A DNA stretch of 64,000 bases from Octopus bimaculoides (Eukaryota), in the NCBI RefSeq assembly GCF_001194135.2, contig NC_068987.1, forward strand, positions 1,471,477 through 1,535,476, given 5' to 3'. The notes under the pieces were generated by a model that was not told the DNA's origin, searched no databases, and worked only from the letters and a program-made list of their open reading frames with translations. The position numbers and the translations under genes are program-made. How positions within the stretch are numbered: position 1 is the stretch's first letter; each line of letters opens with the position of its first letter. Of the stretch, positions 1 through 13,819 are shown one piece after another.

Positions 1-62
1 ATATTATGGAGAAATTTGCCTTCAGAGTTCGTTTTAAATTCAACAGTCTCTGTGTGTGTGTT

Positions 63-97
<35 letters not shown>

Positions 98-277
98 NNN
101 NNNNNNNNNNNNNNNNNNNNNNNNNNNNNNNNNNNNNNNNNNNNNNNNNNNNNNNNNNNNNNNNNNNNNNNNNNNNNNNNNNNNNNNNNNNNNNNNNNNN
201 NNNNNNNNNNNNNNNNNNNNNNNNNNNNNNNNNNNNNNNNNNNNNNNNNNNNNNNNNNNNNNNNNNNNNNNNNNNNN

Positions 278-318
<41 letters not shown>

Positions 319-510
319 TATTTGTATTTGTGTATCCTATGTATGTATATACACACATGTGCACATATGTTTCGCTGAATTTTAAAGTGACATCTAGCAA
401 CGTGACTGTGATATGGAAAAAGCAACGTAAATTCTGTTTGTGTGGCTTTGTGTATGTATGTATGTGTGGGCGCGCGTGTATGGGTTTGTATGCAGGTGGG
501 TAGGAGGCTG

Positions 511-548
<38 letters not shown>

Positions 549-720
549 AGCGAGAGGAATATTTCGTAGATAATGTTTCCCTATTGATCGAGGTATGGAT
601 TGACAGAAACTGGTGTCGCTTAGATAGAAATTACCGATATTGAAATTGTATCATGCAACGTTGCTTTATTTAACACGCACGCACACACACACACACACAC
701 ACACACGCGCGCGCACATAT

Positions 721-760
<40 letters not shown>

Positions 761-774
761 ATACATGTAGATAT

Positions 775-846
<72 letters not shown>

Positions 847-1237
847 GTTTGTCTAGTCATACATATTTACCAGTCATATATGATATATTGCATGTGGGGA
901 TATCATATATTGAGCATGCATGTTTGTTTAAATATACATACAGAATAACACACACATACACATACAGTAAGACACGACCACCTGGATGTGTGTATGTATG
1001 TAATGTATATATGCAAATATGTATGTATGCAGGTAGTATGTAGTGCTTGCTGTGTCATCGTAGTACACAGCGTTTGTGTTAGTGAGAGACTCGGAATAGC
1101 GCCGTCCGGCAGGCCAATTACCTCCCATCAATTTTGTGAACGATATTAACCCGGTCATCAAGTTTGATATTGCATTTGACAACTGAACTTATATTGGAAG
1201 AGAATATGCAGTGCCCATTAGTTATATACATACATAC

Positions 1238-1286
<49 letters not shown>

Positions 1287-1402
1287 GATACATGCATGCA
1301 CATATATATATATGTATATATATTTATATGCACATATATATACACGCACTCACACATGTATGTATATATGTATACTTATATATATCTTTAGACTTATGCA
1401 TG

Positions 1403-1435
<33 letters not shown>

Positions 1436-1917
1436 TTAATTTTTTTTAAGCACGCAAGACAGCCTTGTACTGAATGTGTGTAGACTTCAAACTCTATTTG
1501 TCATTTTTAATTTAAACAGGATTTCATATCCGGATTTATAGGATCCAAGCCTGCATGCAATTGACCTTGTGATCGATTATATAAAAGATTAAAAACAAAA
1601 TAAATACGCAACACCTGTTCGATTAATCATAATATTCTAGTACCGTATTGTTCGCAGTAACGCTTACTTTACAGCATTTTCCAATCCGAACATCCCTATG
1701 TTTTGCGAAGTGTATATTCAGTTTTATGTTAATAAAGTATTGTGTTATGTAGCCTCGAAATAATGTAATATCTATCGCTATTTCTACAGAATAAATCTCT
1801 GCATAGTAACCTGCCGAGTTTCTAGACATTCCTACAGCTATTCAGAAGTTTAATATGTATGTATGTATGCATGTTTAGACATATATACATACATATACAC
1901 GCACACACATGTACTCA

Positions 1918-1980
<63 letters not shown>

Positions 1981-1983
1981 GAA

Positions 1984-2143
1984 GGCACATGGCCCTGTAG
2001 TTAGAGCGTCGGGCTCACAATCCTGAGGTAGTGAGTTCGATCTCCGGAGCGGGCTATATGTTGTGTTCTGGAGCAAGACACTTTATTTCACGTTGCTCCA
2101 GTCCACTCAGCTGTAGAAATAAGTTGCCACGTCACTGGTGCCA
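1984..2143 (+). mobile_element. tRNA-derived SINE, 5' part (rest lost in N gap)
   Basis: A-box-like TGGCCCTGTAG, B-box GAGTTCGATCTCC, then CORE-like TGTGTTCTGGAGCAAGACACTTTATTTC. Confidence 0.8.
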
Positions 2144-2799
2144 NNNNNNNNNNNNNNNNNNNNNNNNNNNNNNNNNNNNNNNNNNNNNNNNNNNNNNNNN
2201 NNNNNNNNNNNNNNNNNNNNNNNNNNNNNNNNNNNNNNNNNNNNNNNNNNNNNNNNNNNNNNNNNNNNNNNNNNNNNNNNNNNNNNNNNNNNNNNNNNNN
2301 NNNNNNNNNNNNNNNNNNNNNNNNNNNNNNNNNNNNNNNNNNNNNNNNNNNNCAGAGAATCGTGTGTCTGCACAGAAAGCTCTTCTAGCAGACTCGGCTA
2401 ACAGACCACATAGTAGTCCAATACAGAGAAATACAAATCAAAGTGTCCTTGCAGCTGAAACCCAGATGATCCGATCAATGAAATCACTTTATGAGAAATA
2501 TATAAACAATTAAATGTCATTACAGCCATGACTCTAAGGTTATCAATTGGGTGAATTGGTAAATTCATCTCTCATACCTCCTCACATTTTATGGTTTATA
2601 CACACTCATACATACAAGCACACACGCGAACACATAGATTAGAAAAATAAAAGAGATATTAACAGACCTGTGTATATCCATATGATAAATTTTTCAATAA
2701 TTGCTGTCATAAATGTCATGTCTTCTTTATTTATGTTTTTATTGTTTTTTTTATTTTTGAAATGACAGTTGTCAAATATCTCGTAGAATGGCCTCACAT

Positions 2800-2985
2800 G
2801 CATACATAATGAGAAATTAGGTTTCTCAAAACCAGAAAGGAGAAAGCTCATTCGAAGACTACAGATCCAATCCATCATTGGAACTGTAAAAATCTGTCAA
2901 ACTTTCCAAAGGTTTATCATTTAAATATATCTGAGCATGTCTAGATATGCAAGTATATGCGTGAGAATACATACATAAAACAAGA
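2800..2985 (+). mobile_element. 3' end of a non-LTR retrotransposon (REL-endonuclease-type LINE)
   Basis: EKLGFSKPERRKLIRRLQIQSIIGTVKICQTFQRFII* (2811-2924) resembles REL-LINE C-termini; followed by a 3' UTR and (ACAT)n; family assignment from recall. Confidence 0.65.
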
Positions 2986-3493
2986 CATACACATCTTCAC
3001 ACATACATACATACATACATGCATGAGTGTATACATACATATATACATGCAGGCATACATACATACATACAAACAAACACTTGTTGAAATTCCAATGAAG
3101 GAGCCTTGAAATTAGGTTAGAAACCGGCTCTTTCTCTGTTGGCAAGAAATCATGAAATAGAACCGAATTATAACATACATACATACGTACATACACACAC
3201 AGCTATTTACTAGAGAACGCAATTATCTAAAGATGAAAGTCAGAAAACTCCGATACATAGTATACATACCGCCTGTATACCCCCTTTTTTTTCCATCAGC
3301 CTCTATCGCCACAGAAACACCTCGGTGATGGTACTTCATTAGATCATTGGTTAATGTGATAATTATATAATTAATTAAATAAACGAGTAAATGAAATTAT
3401 TGTTTTATAAATTTACTATATACATTTTTAGATTTGTTTATTTTCATTAGAAGTTTGGCTATTCTTATTTTTCTCTGTGCGTGTTTTTTGCAG

Positions 3494-3806
3494 GAATTTG
3501 GAGTGATTGCCAGTTCCCAGATTACCTCCAAAGTCCGTCCTACGATGCAAAACTGAAACCGTGGGGTACAAGAATGTGGTGGCTAAACGGCCGAGGTCAG
3601 CCGCCCAAGTGGGTGGAGAGGCAAGAGGTGTACGTGAGTGGCGGCGTAATATGGCGTTATAAAGAGTTTCCTACAAAGAGATGTGAAGGCTTAATCAAAC
3701 ACAGATTGTGGGAGTGTCCGGACAGTAGAGAGATGCTTTACAATAGGACGTGTTTAATGAAGGAGAGGTCTGATACATACAGAGTCATTGAACATTATCC
3801 AGTCAG
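3494..3806 (+). CDS. Internal coding exon of an uncharacterised Cys/Trp-rich protein
   Basis: Acceptor ttttttgcag|G at 3493/3494, donor CAG|gtaaat at 3806/3807; open 104-codon frame IWSDCQFPDYLQ...RTCLMKERSDTYRVIEHYPV with non-repetitive coding composition; phase 1 in, phase 2 out. Confidence 0.8.
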
Positions 3807-3882
3807 GTAAATGGCATTTCACGTCTATTATTATTATCATCATTATTATTGTTATTATTATTATTATCATCCTCATCATATA

Positions 3883-4016
3883 TTCAAATCCCGCCGAGGT
3901 CGGCTTTGCTTTTCATTCTTTCGAGGTGGATAAATTTAGTACCAGTGAAATACTGGGGTCGATGTAATCGACTAGTCTCCCCTGCCCAAATTTCCGGCTT
4001 TGTGCCTATAGTAGGA
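3883..4016 (+). mobile_element. tRNA-derived SINE (OK/Meta-domain-like family), 5'-truncated
   Basis: TTCAAATCCCGCCGAGGTCGGCTTTGCTTTTCATTCTTTCGAGGTGGATAAA...TACTGGGGTCGAT shared with about 9 other copies in the window. Confidence 0.8.
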
Positions 4017-4102
4017 TTATTATTATTATTATTATTATCATCTCCGTCACCGTTTTGTTTATTGTCATTATTACCATGTTATTGATCACTACCACCACTT
4101 CC

Positions 4103-4136
<34 letters not shown>

Positions 4137-4159
4137 TCCTCGTCTTCGTTGTCGACAAA

Positions 4160-4365
4160 TGGTGAATGACCAATCCAAGCTTCTCTGGTAGTTCCTCAAC
4201 AGTTAGGATGGGATTTTGTTCCACCAGCGTTTGTAGGACGTTTTCCCCGAGCTCCACAGATCTTCCAGGACGAGGCTCTTTTAGTCTGTAGTTTCCGGCT
4301 CGGAATTTCTGGAACTACCGTTGACACTGGCTTACACTTATTGTCCGATCCTTATGTACTGCACT
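4160..4365 (-). mobile_element. Mariner (Tc1/mariner) transposase N-terminal HTH fragment, pseudogenised
   Basis: DRTISVSQCQR*FQKFRAGNYRLKEPRPGRSVELGENVLQTLVEQNPILTVEELPEKLG resembles the mariner WF..FR.G....EPRSGRP motif; in-frame stop. Confidence 0.85.
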
Positions 4366-4599
4366 TGCTAAACAAAAACAGCAAAATATATATACCTTAG
4401 CTTAGTAGTGAAAAATGAAGAGGAAAATATTTGCAAGGATCTGCACATTAAGCTATCCACTACGGCACTAGCGAAATTTCTCACTACTTTATTTTTAGCA
4501 ACGAAATATTACATGGCCTCCAATGAAGAAAGAAAATAGGTAGGACGCCTGTGAAACTTAATTTTTAACTGCGATACGTTGACTTCTCGCTCATAACTT

Positions 4600-4682
4600 T
4601 GTGAGGTCAAACCCCGCCAAGGTCAACTTTGCCTTTCACCTTTTCGGAGTCGATAGAATATATACTAGCAAGTACTGGGTCC
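4600..4682 (+). mobile_element. SINE fragment (same family as 3883)
   Basis: GTCAAACCCCGCCAAGGTCAACTTTGCCTTTCACCTTTTCGGAGTCGATA. Confidence 0.7.
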
Positions 4683-4724
4683 TATTCTCTCTATCCACTC
4701 TTTTTCCTCCTTTTCTCTCCACTT

Positions 4725-4820
4725 CTTTCCTTCTTTCTTTCATTCTTTCTTTCTTTCATTCTTTCTTTCTTTCATTCTTTCTTTCTTTCATTCTTTCTTT
4801 CTTTCATTCTTTCTTTCTCT
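4725..4820. repeat. (TTTC/TTCA)n simple repeat
   Basis: Direct inspection. Confidence 0.9.
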
Positions 4821-5131
4821 TTGGTCTCGCGCCCTCCTCTCTCCCTTTTCCCCTCTATCACACACTCTTTCTCCATCCACCCCTCTCTCTCCCCCTTTCT
4901 CCCCCCCCCCAGGTCTTTCTGTTTGTCGAATGTACTTGTCATTCAAATATCCAGCCTTTTCACATCGTATGACTCTGGCTCGGCTTGAGAATTATATTAA
5001 ACGTACATGTCTACGGTATATTCAGCCACTTAAGTGCTAATTATACGAGTTATAATTCAGGTAATCAAATACTTGAATGATCACCGTAGACACCGGCGGA
5101 GGATCCACCAGCAGAAGTCCACGTCTATGTG

Positions 5132-5174
<43 letters not shown>

Positions 5175-5316
5175 GTGTGTGTGTGTGACTACATGCTCGT
5201 GTTTCGTTATATACGTACACAAAAATTCCGAGATATGTTCGTTCATACGCGCATTCATTGCATACGTGTGTGTTCGTGCGTTTCCCTGCCCTTGTATGTG
5301 TGTGTGCTTGTATGTT

Positions 5317-5347
<31 letters not shown>

Positions 5348-6039
5348 CTGTCTGTCTGCGTATGTACTGGCATGTGTCTGTTTAGGAACGCTGTTCATAT
5401 ATATTTTAGATGCTTTGAGGCCCTCACAACGCCACCTATCGGTACAGGCATCTACCTGTTTATAAAATATTAATGACACACAGTGCAGTACTGCTCAACC
5501 TGCTAATTGCAAGTGGCTTCATTAAAATTTAATTACAACTCACGTTAATTGGAATATTATGAAATGTTAAAACGGTGTTAATGGACAAACAATTGACGAA
5601 GGGAAACAAAATTGGCCCAGGGAAAACATTCACACACTCTTTCTCACTCCCTCTCTCGCGCTCTTTCGCTACTCCTTTCTCTCTCACACTTTCTCTCCTC
5701 CCCCTCCTATCTCGCCCCACCCCCATTCTGGGTCTGCTTCTAACTCATCTTTCATATCTATCCCTCCTCATTCAATTTTCGTCTCCTCCTTCTTCCTCTT
5801 AGTCTCTTCTCTCCCCCTCCTCCTCCTCCCTCTCTCTCTCTCTTTTCTCACTTCCATCTCCTTCCCTCTTCCACCTCCTCCTACTATCACCCTCCTTTCA
5901 CTCTTCACCTTATTTCCCTTTCTTTTACTCTGGCATTCACCATTTCTCCTATTTTTCTTCCTCTCCCACCCTAACCCTTCCCTCCATCCTCCACCTCCTC
6001 CGTCTCCTCCTCCTACTACTACACTTCCTATCTTTGCAC

Positions 6040-6235
6040 TTTACAATTTGCCACTTTCACCACATGTCGCTCACACTAGAAATAGCAGCTAAGTCTTCCC
6101 AGACAATGCTCTCTTAGAGAAGACCACATATAATACAGTGTCTGCTTCGTTTGCTCTGGAGAGAATGAGACGGGATGGTCATGGTTAGGATCTCTACTCA
6201 ATCAGGTTAATCCTGGACTTAACAACAACAACCAA
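6040..6235 (+). mobile_element. 3' tail of a dispersed retroelement ending in (CAA)n
   Basis: GGGATGGTCATGG...CTCAATCAGGTTAATCCTGGACTTAACAACAACAAC; related to the inverted units at 7320-7620 and to 11540-11650. Confidence 0.5.
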
Positions 6236-7072
6236 TCAAATTATATTTCTACTTTAAACATATTTCTCTCTTTGCCTCCGTAATATTCTTCCTTCCTCTC
6301 TCTCTCTCTCTCTCCCTCTCTCTCTCTCTCACACACACACTCTCTCCCCCTATCTCTCTTTCTCCTTCTCCATTTATATATTTTCTCCCCAACTCTCTTT
6401 TGTCTATCCGACACATACACACGCACACACACACAATAATATTCCTGCTCACTTCTCCCTGTCTGTCACTCTTTCGCCTCCCTCTCAGTCTCTCTGTCTC
6501 ACAATTCCTTTTTTTTTCTCCTCCTCCTCTCACTTTCTTTCGCCTTCGCTCTTTCCATCACTCTCGCCTCTCTGTCTCGCATTGTCTTTCCCGTCTTTCA
6601 ATCTCTCCTTCATTCTCTCTATCACTCTCTCCCACTCTCTCCTATCCTTCTTTAATGGTGCCATCAATGTAGCTCAGAGCATCACATAAAGAGTGCACCG
6701 CCATATTATAACTTTTTACATTAGCATAATGACACACATTCAGACTCACATACATACGTACACACACACACACCTGCAGGAACTAGTCTACTCAGCTGTA
6801 CTAGTCCTAGTATATAACTGGTATTATTGCACTTGGCCTTCGCAAGATTTGAACTCCAAAACTACAAAATACCGCAAGGTATTTTATCTTTCTCTCCAGC
6901 GAGCCTCACACCACGCGCCGTCACATGACCTGCACAGTTATAAGATTATTAGAAGAAATACATTTTAATAATGGTACTTTAATAATTGTGAGTAGCAAGG
7001 AGTAATTAGAGAACTCGATGTTCAGCTTCATACATGCCCGGAGTCAATTTAATTTTAATTACACTCTTTATT

Positions 7073-7289
7073 AAGGCAGCGATCTGGCAAAATCGTTAGC
7101 ACTCCGGGCAAAATGCTTAGCGACATTTCGTCCGTCCTTACGTTCTGAGTTCAAATTCAGCCGGAGTCGAGTTTGCTTTTAATCCTTTGAGGTTCGATAA
7201 AAGAAGTACCAGCTGAGTACTTGGGTCGATGTAATTGACTTACTACCTGCCATCCCAAAATTCCTGGCCTTTAGCCAAAATTTGAAACC
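7073..7289 (+). mobile_element. Full-length tRNA-derived SINE (OK/Meta-domain-like)
   Basis: AGGCAGCGATCTGGCAAAATCGTTAGC head, B-box GAGTTCAAATTC, central TTTAATCCTTTGAGGTTCGATAAAA, tail CCAAAATTTGAAACC. Confidence 0.85.
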
Positions 7290-7617
7290 AATTGTAATCC
7301 TCGTTGCTCTTTTATATTGATCCATGATGACCAAATGTTCCCCAGCTATTGTTGCCATTACTTTTAGTCGGGGACAGCCTATCTAGGAATACAATTTCTG
7401 ATAAGTTCTTAATACTATTGTTGTTGTGTAACCCCTGGTCTATACGTCCCGAGCAGGCTTTTTATGAAAAGTGTTCCCAGCCTGAGCATCGCATTTTTAT
7501 TCAGACTTAGTATATCTAGGAATACATTTTCTAATATATACTTCCTGCTAATGTTGATGGCATAAACATCCTATCTTTAATTCAGGCATAGTCTATCTAG
7601 AACTACATTCTCTAAAG

Positions 7618-7926
7618 CAATGCTTCTCCACCTCTAGACCTCTTTGATTCCAATTTGACTCTGCAGGAACCCCGCTAGACATTCGATGTTTAAAACATTC
7701 CCAGGATATTTTTATATTCAAATATTAATAGGAAATGTATAAACACAAGTGTTGAAATACTTTATGTACTGTAGAAGTGTAACCAATTTAATGCCTACAA
7801 ATTTTAACAACAAATCTTATCTAAAGCCTACAAAGGATACATGGACTCCTAAGGAATCATATGACCCCACCAGGGGATCATACGATCCCCCCAAGGGAAA
7901 GTAAGGGCCCCTGTTGAGAACCACTG
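7618..7926. mobile_element. hAT-like MITE
   Basis: Right TIR GTTGAGAACCACTG (7913-7926) and degenerate left TIR CAATGCTTCTCCAC (7618-7631) vs CAGTGGTTCTCAAC-type termini; no TSD recognised. Confidence 0.55.
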
Positions 7927-8503
7927 GGGTCGATGGGGTCATTCGATAGCCTGAGGTTAGATTTTCTAACTTTGTCACCGTCACTCTTTCTAGCCCGCAC
8001 TTTGTCCATCTTTCTTTCTCTCCATCTCATTCTCTCAATAGGACAGCATCTGTATGGTTTCTTCTCTCACCCCAACCAACCCATCATAGCTAATTCAGGC
8101 CCCGTTGGATAATGCCCTAAGGAAGTCTGAATGAAAAATATCTTCATCCTTCTTACATTTTATGGAGATTTGGTTACTACTACCAGCAGATAGGGTGAAG
8201 CAGTGAGTGCTCCCCACTTATTGGCCGGTTTCGTTAAGAAGTCATTAGGAGAGCAATCGAAGTTGTTGTGATTTGATGCTTTTCAAAATAAACAATCGAC
8301 GAATCGAATTTCACATTGAAAAGAGACATTTCAAAAGTTTTCTGGAAATACGAGACAGTTAATAATGCTGTTAACATCACAATCACCATCATCATCATAT
8401 TCATCATCATCATTATCATCTTCGTAATGTATTTGTTCTATTATTTCATTAAGATTGTTTTGTTTTATATTAAACAATCATGAGATTATTAGGCACAAAA
8501 CTG

Positions 8504-8541
<38 letters not shown>

Positions 8542-8569
8542 CGATATAGATATATGTGTGTGTACATGC

Positions 8570-8602
<33 letters not shown>

Positions 8603-8635
8603 TATACACGCATGTTCATATAGATAAGGAGATAC

Positions 8636-8734
<99 letters not shown>

Positions 8735-8940
8735 CACACACACACAAACACACAGATATTTACGTAAACATGTGCAAACGCACACAATGACACAGGCGTA
8801 TAGGAAGAATCGGCTGTCGCAGTGGATACAGAATCCTAACTATAGTAGGATGTAAACACATTTTAGTGAAAAACATATTTTTAAAATACCTCAATTTCAG
8901 TTCAAAACGATTGTATAATATTACTAATGAATGCGCAGCT

Positions 8941-9010
<70 letters not shown>

Positions 9011-9280
9011 CATATAAAGCAACCATATGCATACATCCACTTAACACAACGCTATGCATATACATATATGATAATCGTTTATTTAGACACATATGACACA
9101 GGCATATACATACATATTCACATACTTCTTCACATTGGAAAATGCGTATATGGAATATACGAGCTCAGAAGTAATCGTATACACACCTTCATATATAAAC
9201 ATTCACATACACACAATCTCATATACATTTATATATATTAACAATTGTATATTTGCAATTACATACCTATAGTTACATGG

Positions 9281-9680
9281 AAGAGACGCAGGTGCGGCTG
9301 TGTAGCAAGAAGTTAGTTTCCCAACCACATGCTTCCGGGTTCAGTCCCACTGCATGGCAGTCTGATTTTTACTATAGCCTTGGGCTGAATAAAGACTTTG
9401 GACTTCATCGCGTAGACGGAAGCTAAAAGAAGTCCTCCGTATATGTGTGTGTGTGTGGGTGTAGGACTTTGTTTGAGTTTGTCGCTCACCATCGCTTAGC
9501 AACCGGTGTTGGTGCGCTTATGTCCCCGTAATCTAGCAGTTCTGCTAGAATATGTACTAGGCTTTAAACATAAAAAATATATATAAGTACCGGCATCGAC
9601 TCTTCCAACAAAAAATTCTTGAAGGAGGTGCTCCAGTATGGCCACAGACTAATATAACAAACGTGTAAAAGATAAAAGAA
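9281..9680 (+). mobile_element. CORE-type tRNA SINE (OR-like family)
   Basis: GCAGGTGCGGCTGTGTAGCAAG...GGGTTCAGTCCCACTGC, internal (TG)n, tail GGTGCTCCAGTATGGCCACAG; collinear with 45195-45620. Confidence 0.8.
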
Positions 9681-10040
9681 CGATATGTATACACATATAT
9701 GCAAAAACGATTGCATATACGCAATCAATCAAACACTTATCTAAACACACACCCACACACATACACACACACGTATGCATATACACAGAACATATACACA
9801 TAAGTGTCAATGTGATGTATATATGTGTGTATTGAAAACCTTATCGCATGCGCTTAGACACATTTGTACAAGCACACACCTTCACAAACACAGAATCACA
9901 TACATACGCTCACATACACGCATTCAGACATAAACGTAGTCGCGTATAGAGCCATATGCACAACTACCTGCACTCACTCAAACATATGTACATACATACA
10001 CACATACATATCTATATCTATCTATATATATATATGCACA

Positions 10041-10088
<48 letters not shown>

Positions 10089-10186
10089 AACGCACACACT
10101 CTCACAATCAATCACAAACAGAGAAAAGAGACTACATAATAAACACATTTCCTCCATATCGATCAATAATAATAATGATGATGATG

Positions 10187-10222
<36 letters not shown>

Positions 10223-10437
10223 CTAAATCGTCCTTTTATTGCGCAATTCTTGTGCAGATTTCTTTATATATCGTCTCTTATTCCGATTTCAGTATTCTTC
10301 AAGACTTTTAACCATTATCTGTTATGATCGTTAATACACATTAAAAATAACCATAATGTACATTGTAGCGAAGTAATTATTATATCAATATACACATATA
10401 TTTTGATAGCATAGAGATGGCTGAATGCATACATAAA

Positions 10438-10548
<111 letters not shown>

Positions 10549-10989
10549 GCATGGATTCATATGTGTGTGTGTGTTTTATTTTGAATAAATATAAATAACC
10601 CAGAAATGTAGTATATTTAAGTTGCTCCGCGAAGGAAACATCGCTACATGATGCCGAACAGATGGCACGCTAAATATATTTTTACGAGTGTTTAAAACAT
10701 TCCCATCTCAGAGTGAATTAGATGAAAACGAATGGAAGACGGCTGGTGGGGTTCTTATTTAGATTGTCTTGTATTATTTGGAAACAGCGACAGAAAGTGA
10801 AGTAGAATATGTAACGTTTCGGACAGTTTTTCTTCATTTTGTTAAAACTGACAGGAGGGAAATAAAAAGCAAGAAAGCAGAGTTTTATATCTTCTCTATT
10901 AGAGAAACTGGCTCCGATTTTTTAATATCTGCAAGGCCAAGTCTACATTACAGAAAATTACTATATTCTTATGAACAGCAATATACTAA

Positions 10990-11060
10990 CTCAGTCCGAA
11001 TCTCGCCGAGATCGACTTTGCCTTTTACTATGTCGGGGGTCATGAAATAAAGTACCAGCA
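10990..11060 (+). mobile_element. SINE fragment
   Basis: CGCCGAGATCGACTTTGCCTTTTACTATGTCGGGGGTCATGAAATAAAGTACCAGC. Confidence 0.65.
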
Positions 11061-11932
11061 TCAACGTTTGGTCCATTGAAAACCCTATAAAACAACGGTA
11101 TCTTTGTTTAGAAATAATTATGGAAAATATAACAAAATATTTATAATCATGTTTTTAGATTTACATTGATAAAGAAATGTTTTGAATTCGTTCTAAGAAC
11201 TGCTTCGAGCGAAATTATATATGGCATTGCCAACACTGAGATAAGGAGGGATTCAAAGACAGTTTTGGGGGATAGAATTCAGGGATGGAATTGAGTAGAG
11301 AATTGAAATGTTGAAGTCAGAACCTATCCCAGCAAGTTTTCTTTTGAAATACAATAGTCCACAATTATATATGTCAAATGTTGTATCGGTCAGCAAGATG
11401 TGTTTCTCACGATCCTCACAAATACGGGACTGCGAGGGTCATTTCCTTCATGGTCGTTGAGATATGCGCATTTGATTGAGAAATTCATTACCTGGTAGTT
11501 GGCATTCACAGAAACACAATCGAGGAGTGTCCTGAAATCTCTACCGGTCAGTTCACCTGCTAGACATACTAGTCAAATATCCCTAAAATTCTACTTAGCT
11601 CTCAAAGGGTACAACCTACTGGATGGCGAATAAACTAGGCGGATCTCAGTCAGCTGTATCCAAAAGTAATGCATTTGTTCCATCAACTGAATTTTCCTAC
11701 CCGTTGTGAAAGTGGTTGAAGATTCCACAGACACGTGTAAACTTAATGTAAACCTCCATTGGAATTACCATGTCTGAGAAGGCTGGCGCTTTGACTTACT
11801 GGCACTGTTTCTCTGTTAGTGAAAGCAGAATAATGTGGCAGTGAAGTGGGTGTGCTGGCAGACGATCCTATGTCAATCAAATTAGGCAACTTTGGAGGGG
11901 TGGGGTTGACCAGAAGTCATCTTGTGTAACGA

Positions 11933-12005
11933 CACTAACGTCCCAATAACGTCTACATGTCCAATAACGTCCAACACTAACGTCCCACTAACGTCCACAA
12001 ACGTG
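11933..12005. repeat. Degenerate ~12-bp minisatellite (CTAACGTCCCAA-like)
   Basis: Six TAACGTC-like cores. Confidence 0.8.
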
Positions 12006-12019
12006 AAACAAATCCATTG

Positions 12020-12340
12020 TGATTGATGAGTGCAGTTCTGCACCGAACAATATCAGGCCAGGTATGGGGGCATGTGTCGATGCTGCATTCACCATCTGTC
12101 ACTGTATTGCCGGGTCCTCTATCAGGTCCCATCAGTCCCTATCTCCACAAGATACCTCCTCGTTGATCATTACCATGTGGCATGTAATATATACTGGAAC
12201 GATATTTCTGTGGTGGTGGGTTTAGTTGCATCTCTATCCCAGATACTGAAGACATTCTATTGCGATAGCTATATGAAGAATACCCCAGCCACAGCTATGA
12301 TAGCTGTAGTAGTAATACCACCCTAGATATGGGGACAATT
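12020..12340 (-). mobile_element. Decayed RTE-type LINE C-terminal remnant
   Basis: PHGNDQRG and INEEVSCGDRD*WDLIEDPAIQ*QMVN resemble the RTE P.HG.R.RG / L..D.G...DR..WR..V end; stops and frameshifts. Confidence 0.4.
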
Positions 12341-12950
12341 TTCCAGTATGGTGATTGTGGTACCGTCCTAAATACGACAGAAGTAATCAACGGTAACATT
12401 TATACATATACATGTATATATTTATGTATAAAGGATTCGGCAACGCATTATAATTATCTGTTAAAGTAATATAATATTTAGCAATTTGAAGAAGATAGTC
12501 TTGTATATTATAATTAGTAACAGTTTCGTCAAACTGGCCAAAACTGTCCAGGACGTGAATATGATGCAATGCGTCAACAGTATAAGAAAAAAACAAACAG
12601 GACGACATCAAACAAGCCTTTATATTTATTTTATCATTAATATTAATATCTATATTAATGTTAATAAACTATAAAGAGATTCCCAGATAGACAGACGATC
12701 TGATGAGATATAAAGGAAAAGAATATCGAATTAAGTAATACGCATAGATGTGTCTTTGAACATCTTTATATGTATAAAGACACATGCACAGGCACACACA
12801 GACATTTACATAACAAACTCATGCACAACTACATATATACACCTGCATACATATATATATATACATATATGTATGTTTGTGTGCGTACATATATGAATGT
12901 GTGCATCTTTGTATTTATTCATCTCTGTGAATGTATGTATGTATATATAA

Positions 12951-12989
<39 letters not shown>

Positions 12990-13640
12990 NNNNNNNNNNN
13001 NNNNNNNNNNNNNNNNNNNNNNNNNNNNNNNNNNNNNNNNNNNNNNNNNNNNNNNNNNNNNNNNNNNNNNNNNNNNNNNNNNNNNNNNNNNNNNNNNNNN
13101 NNNNNNNNNNNNNNNNNNNNNNNNNNNNNNNNNNNNNNNNNNNNNNNNNNNNNNNNNNNNNNNNNNNNNNNNNNNNNNNNNNNNNNNNNNNNNNNNNNNN
13201 NNNNNNNNNNNNNNNNNNNNNNNNNNNNNNNNNNNNNNNNNNNNNNNNNNNNNNNNNNNNNNNNNNNNNNNNNNNNNNNNNNNNNNNNNNNNNNNNNNNN
13301 NNNNNNNNNNNNNNNNNNNNNNNNNNNNNNNNNNNNNNNNNNNNNNNNNNNNNNNNNNNNNNNNNNNNNNNNNNNNNNNNNNNNNNNNNNNNNNNNNNNN
13401 NNNNNNNNNNNNNNNNNNNNNNNNNNNNNNNNNNNNNNNNNNNNNNNNNNNNNNNNNNNNNNNNNNNNNNNNNNNNNNNNNNNNNNNNNNNNNNNNNNNN
13501 NNNNNNNNNNNNNNNNNNNNNNNNNNNNNNNNNNNNNNNNNNNNNNNNNNNNNNNNNNNNNNNNNNNNNNNNNNNNNNNNNNNNNNNNNNNNNNNNNNNN
13601 NNNNNNNNNNNNNNNNNNNNNNNNNNNNNNNNNNNNNNNN

Positions 13641-13691
<51 letters not shown>

Positions 13692-13692
13692 T

Positions 13693-13723
<31 letters not shown>

Positions 13724-13819
13724 CGGGGGAGATAGATAGATAGTTGGAGAATATTGTGTAAATTGAATACATTTCGGAGAAGGTCTTATGATATATATAT
13801 ATATATATATATATATAAA

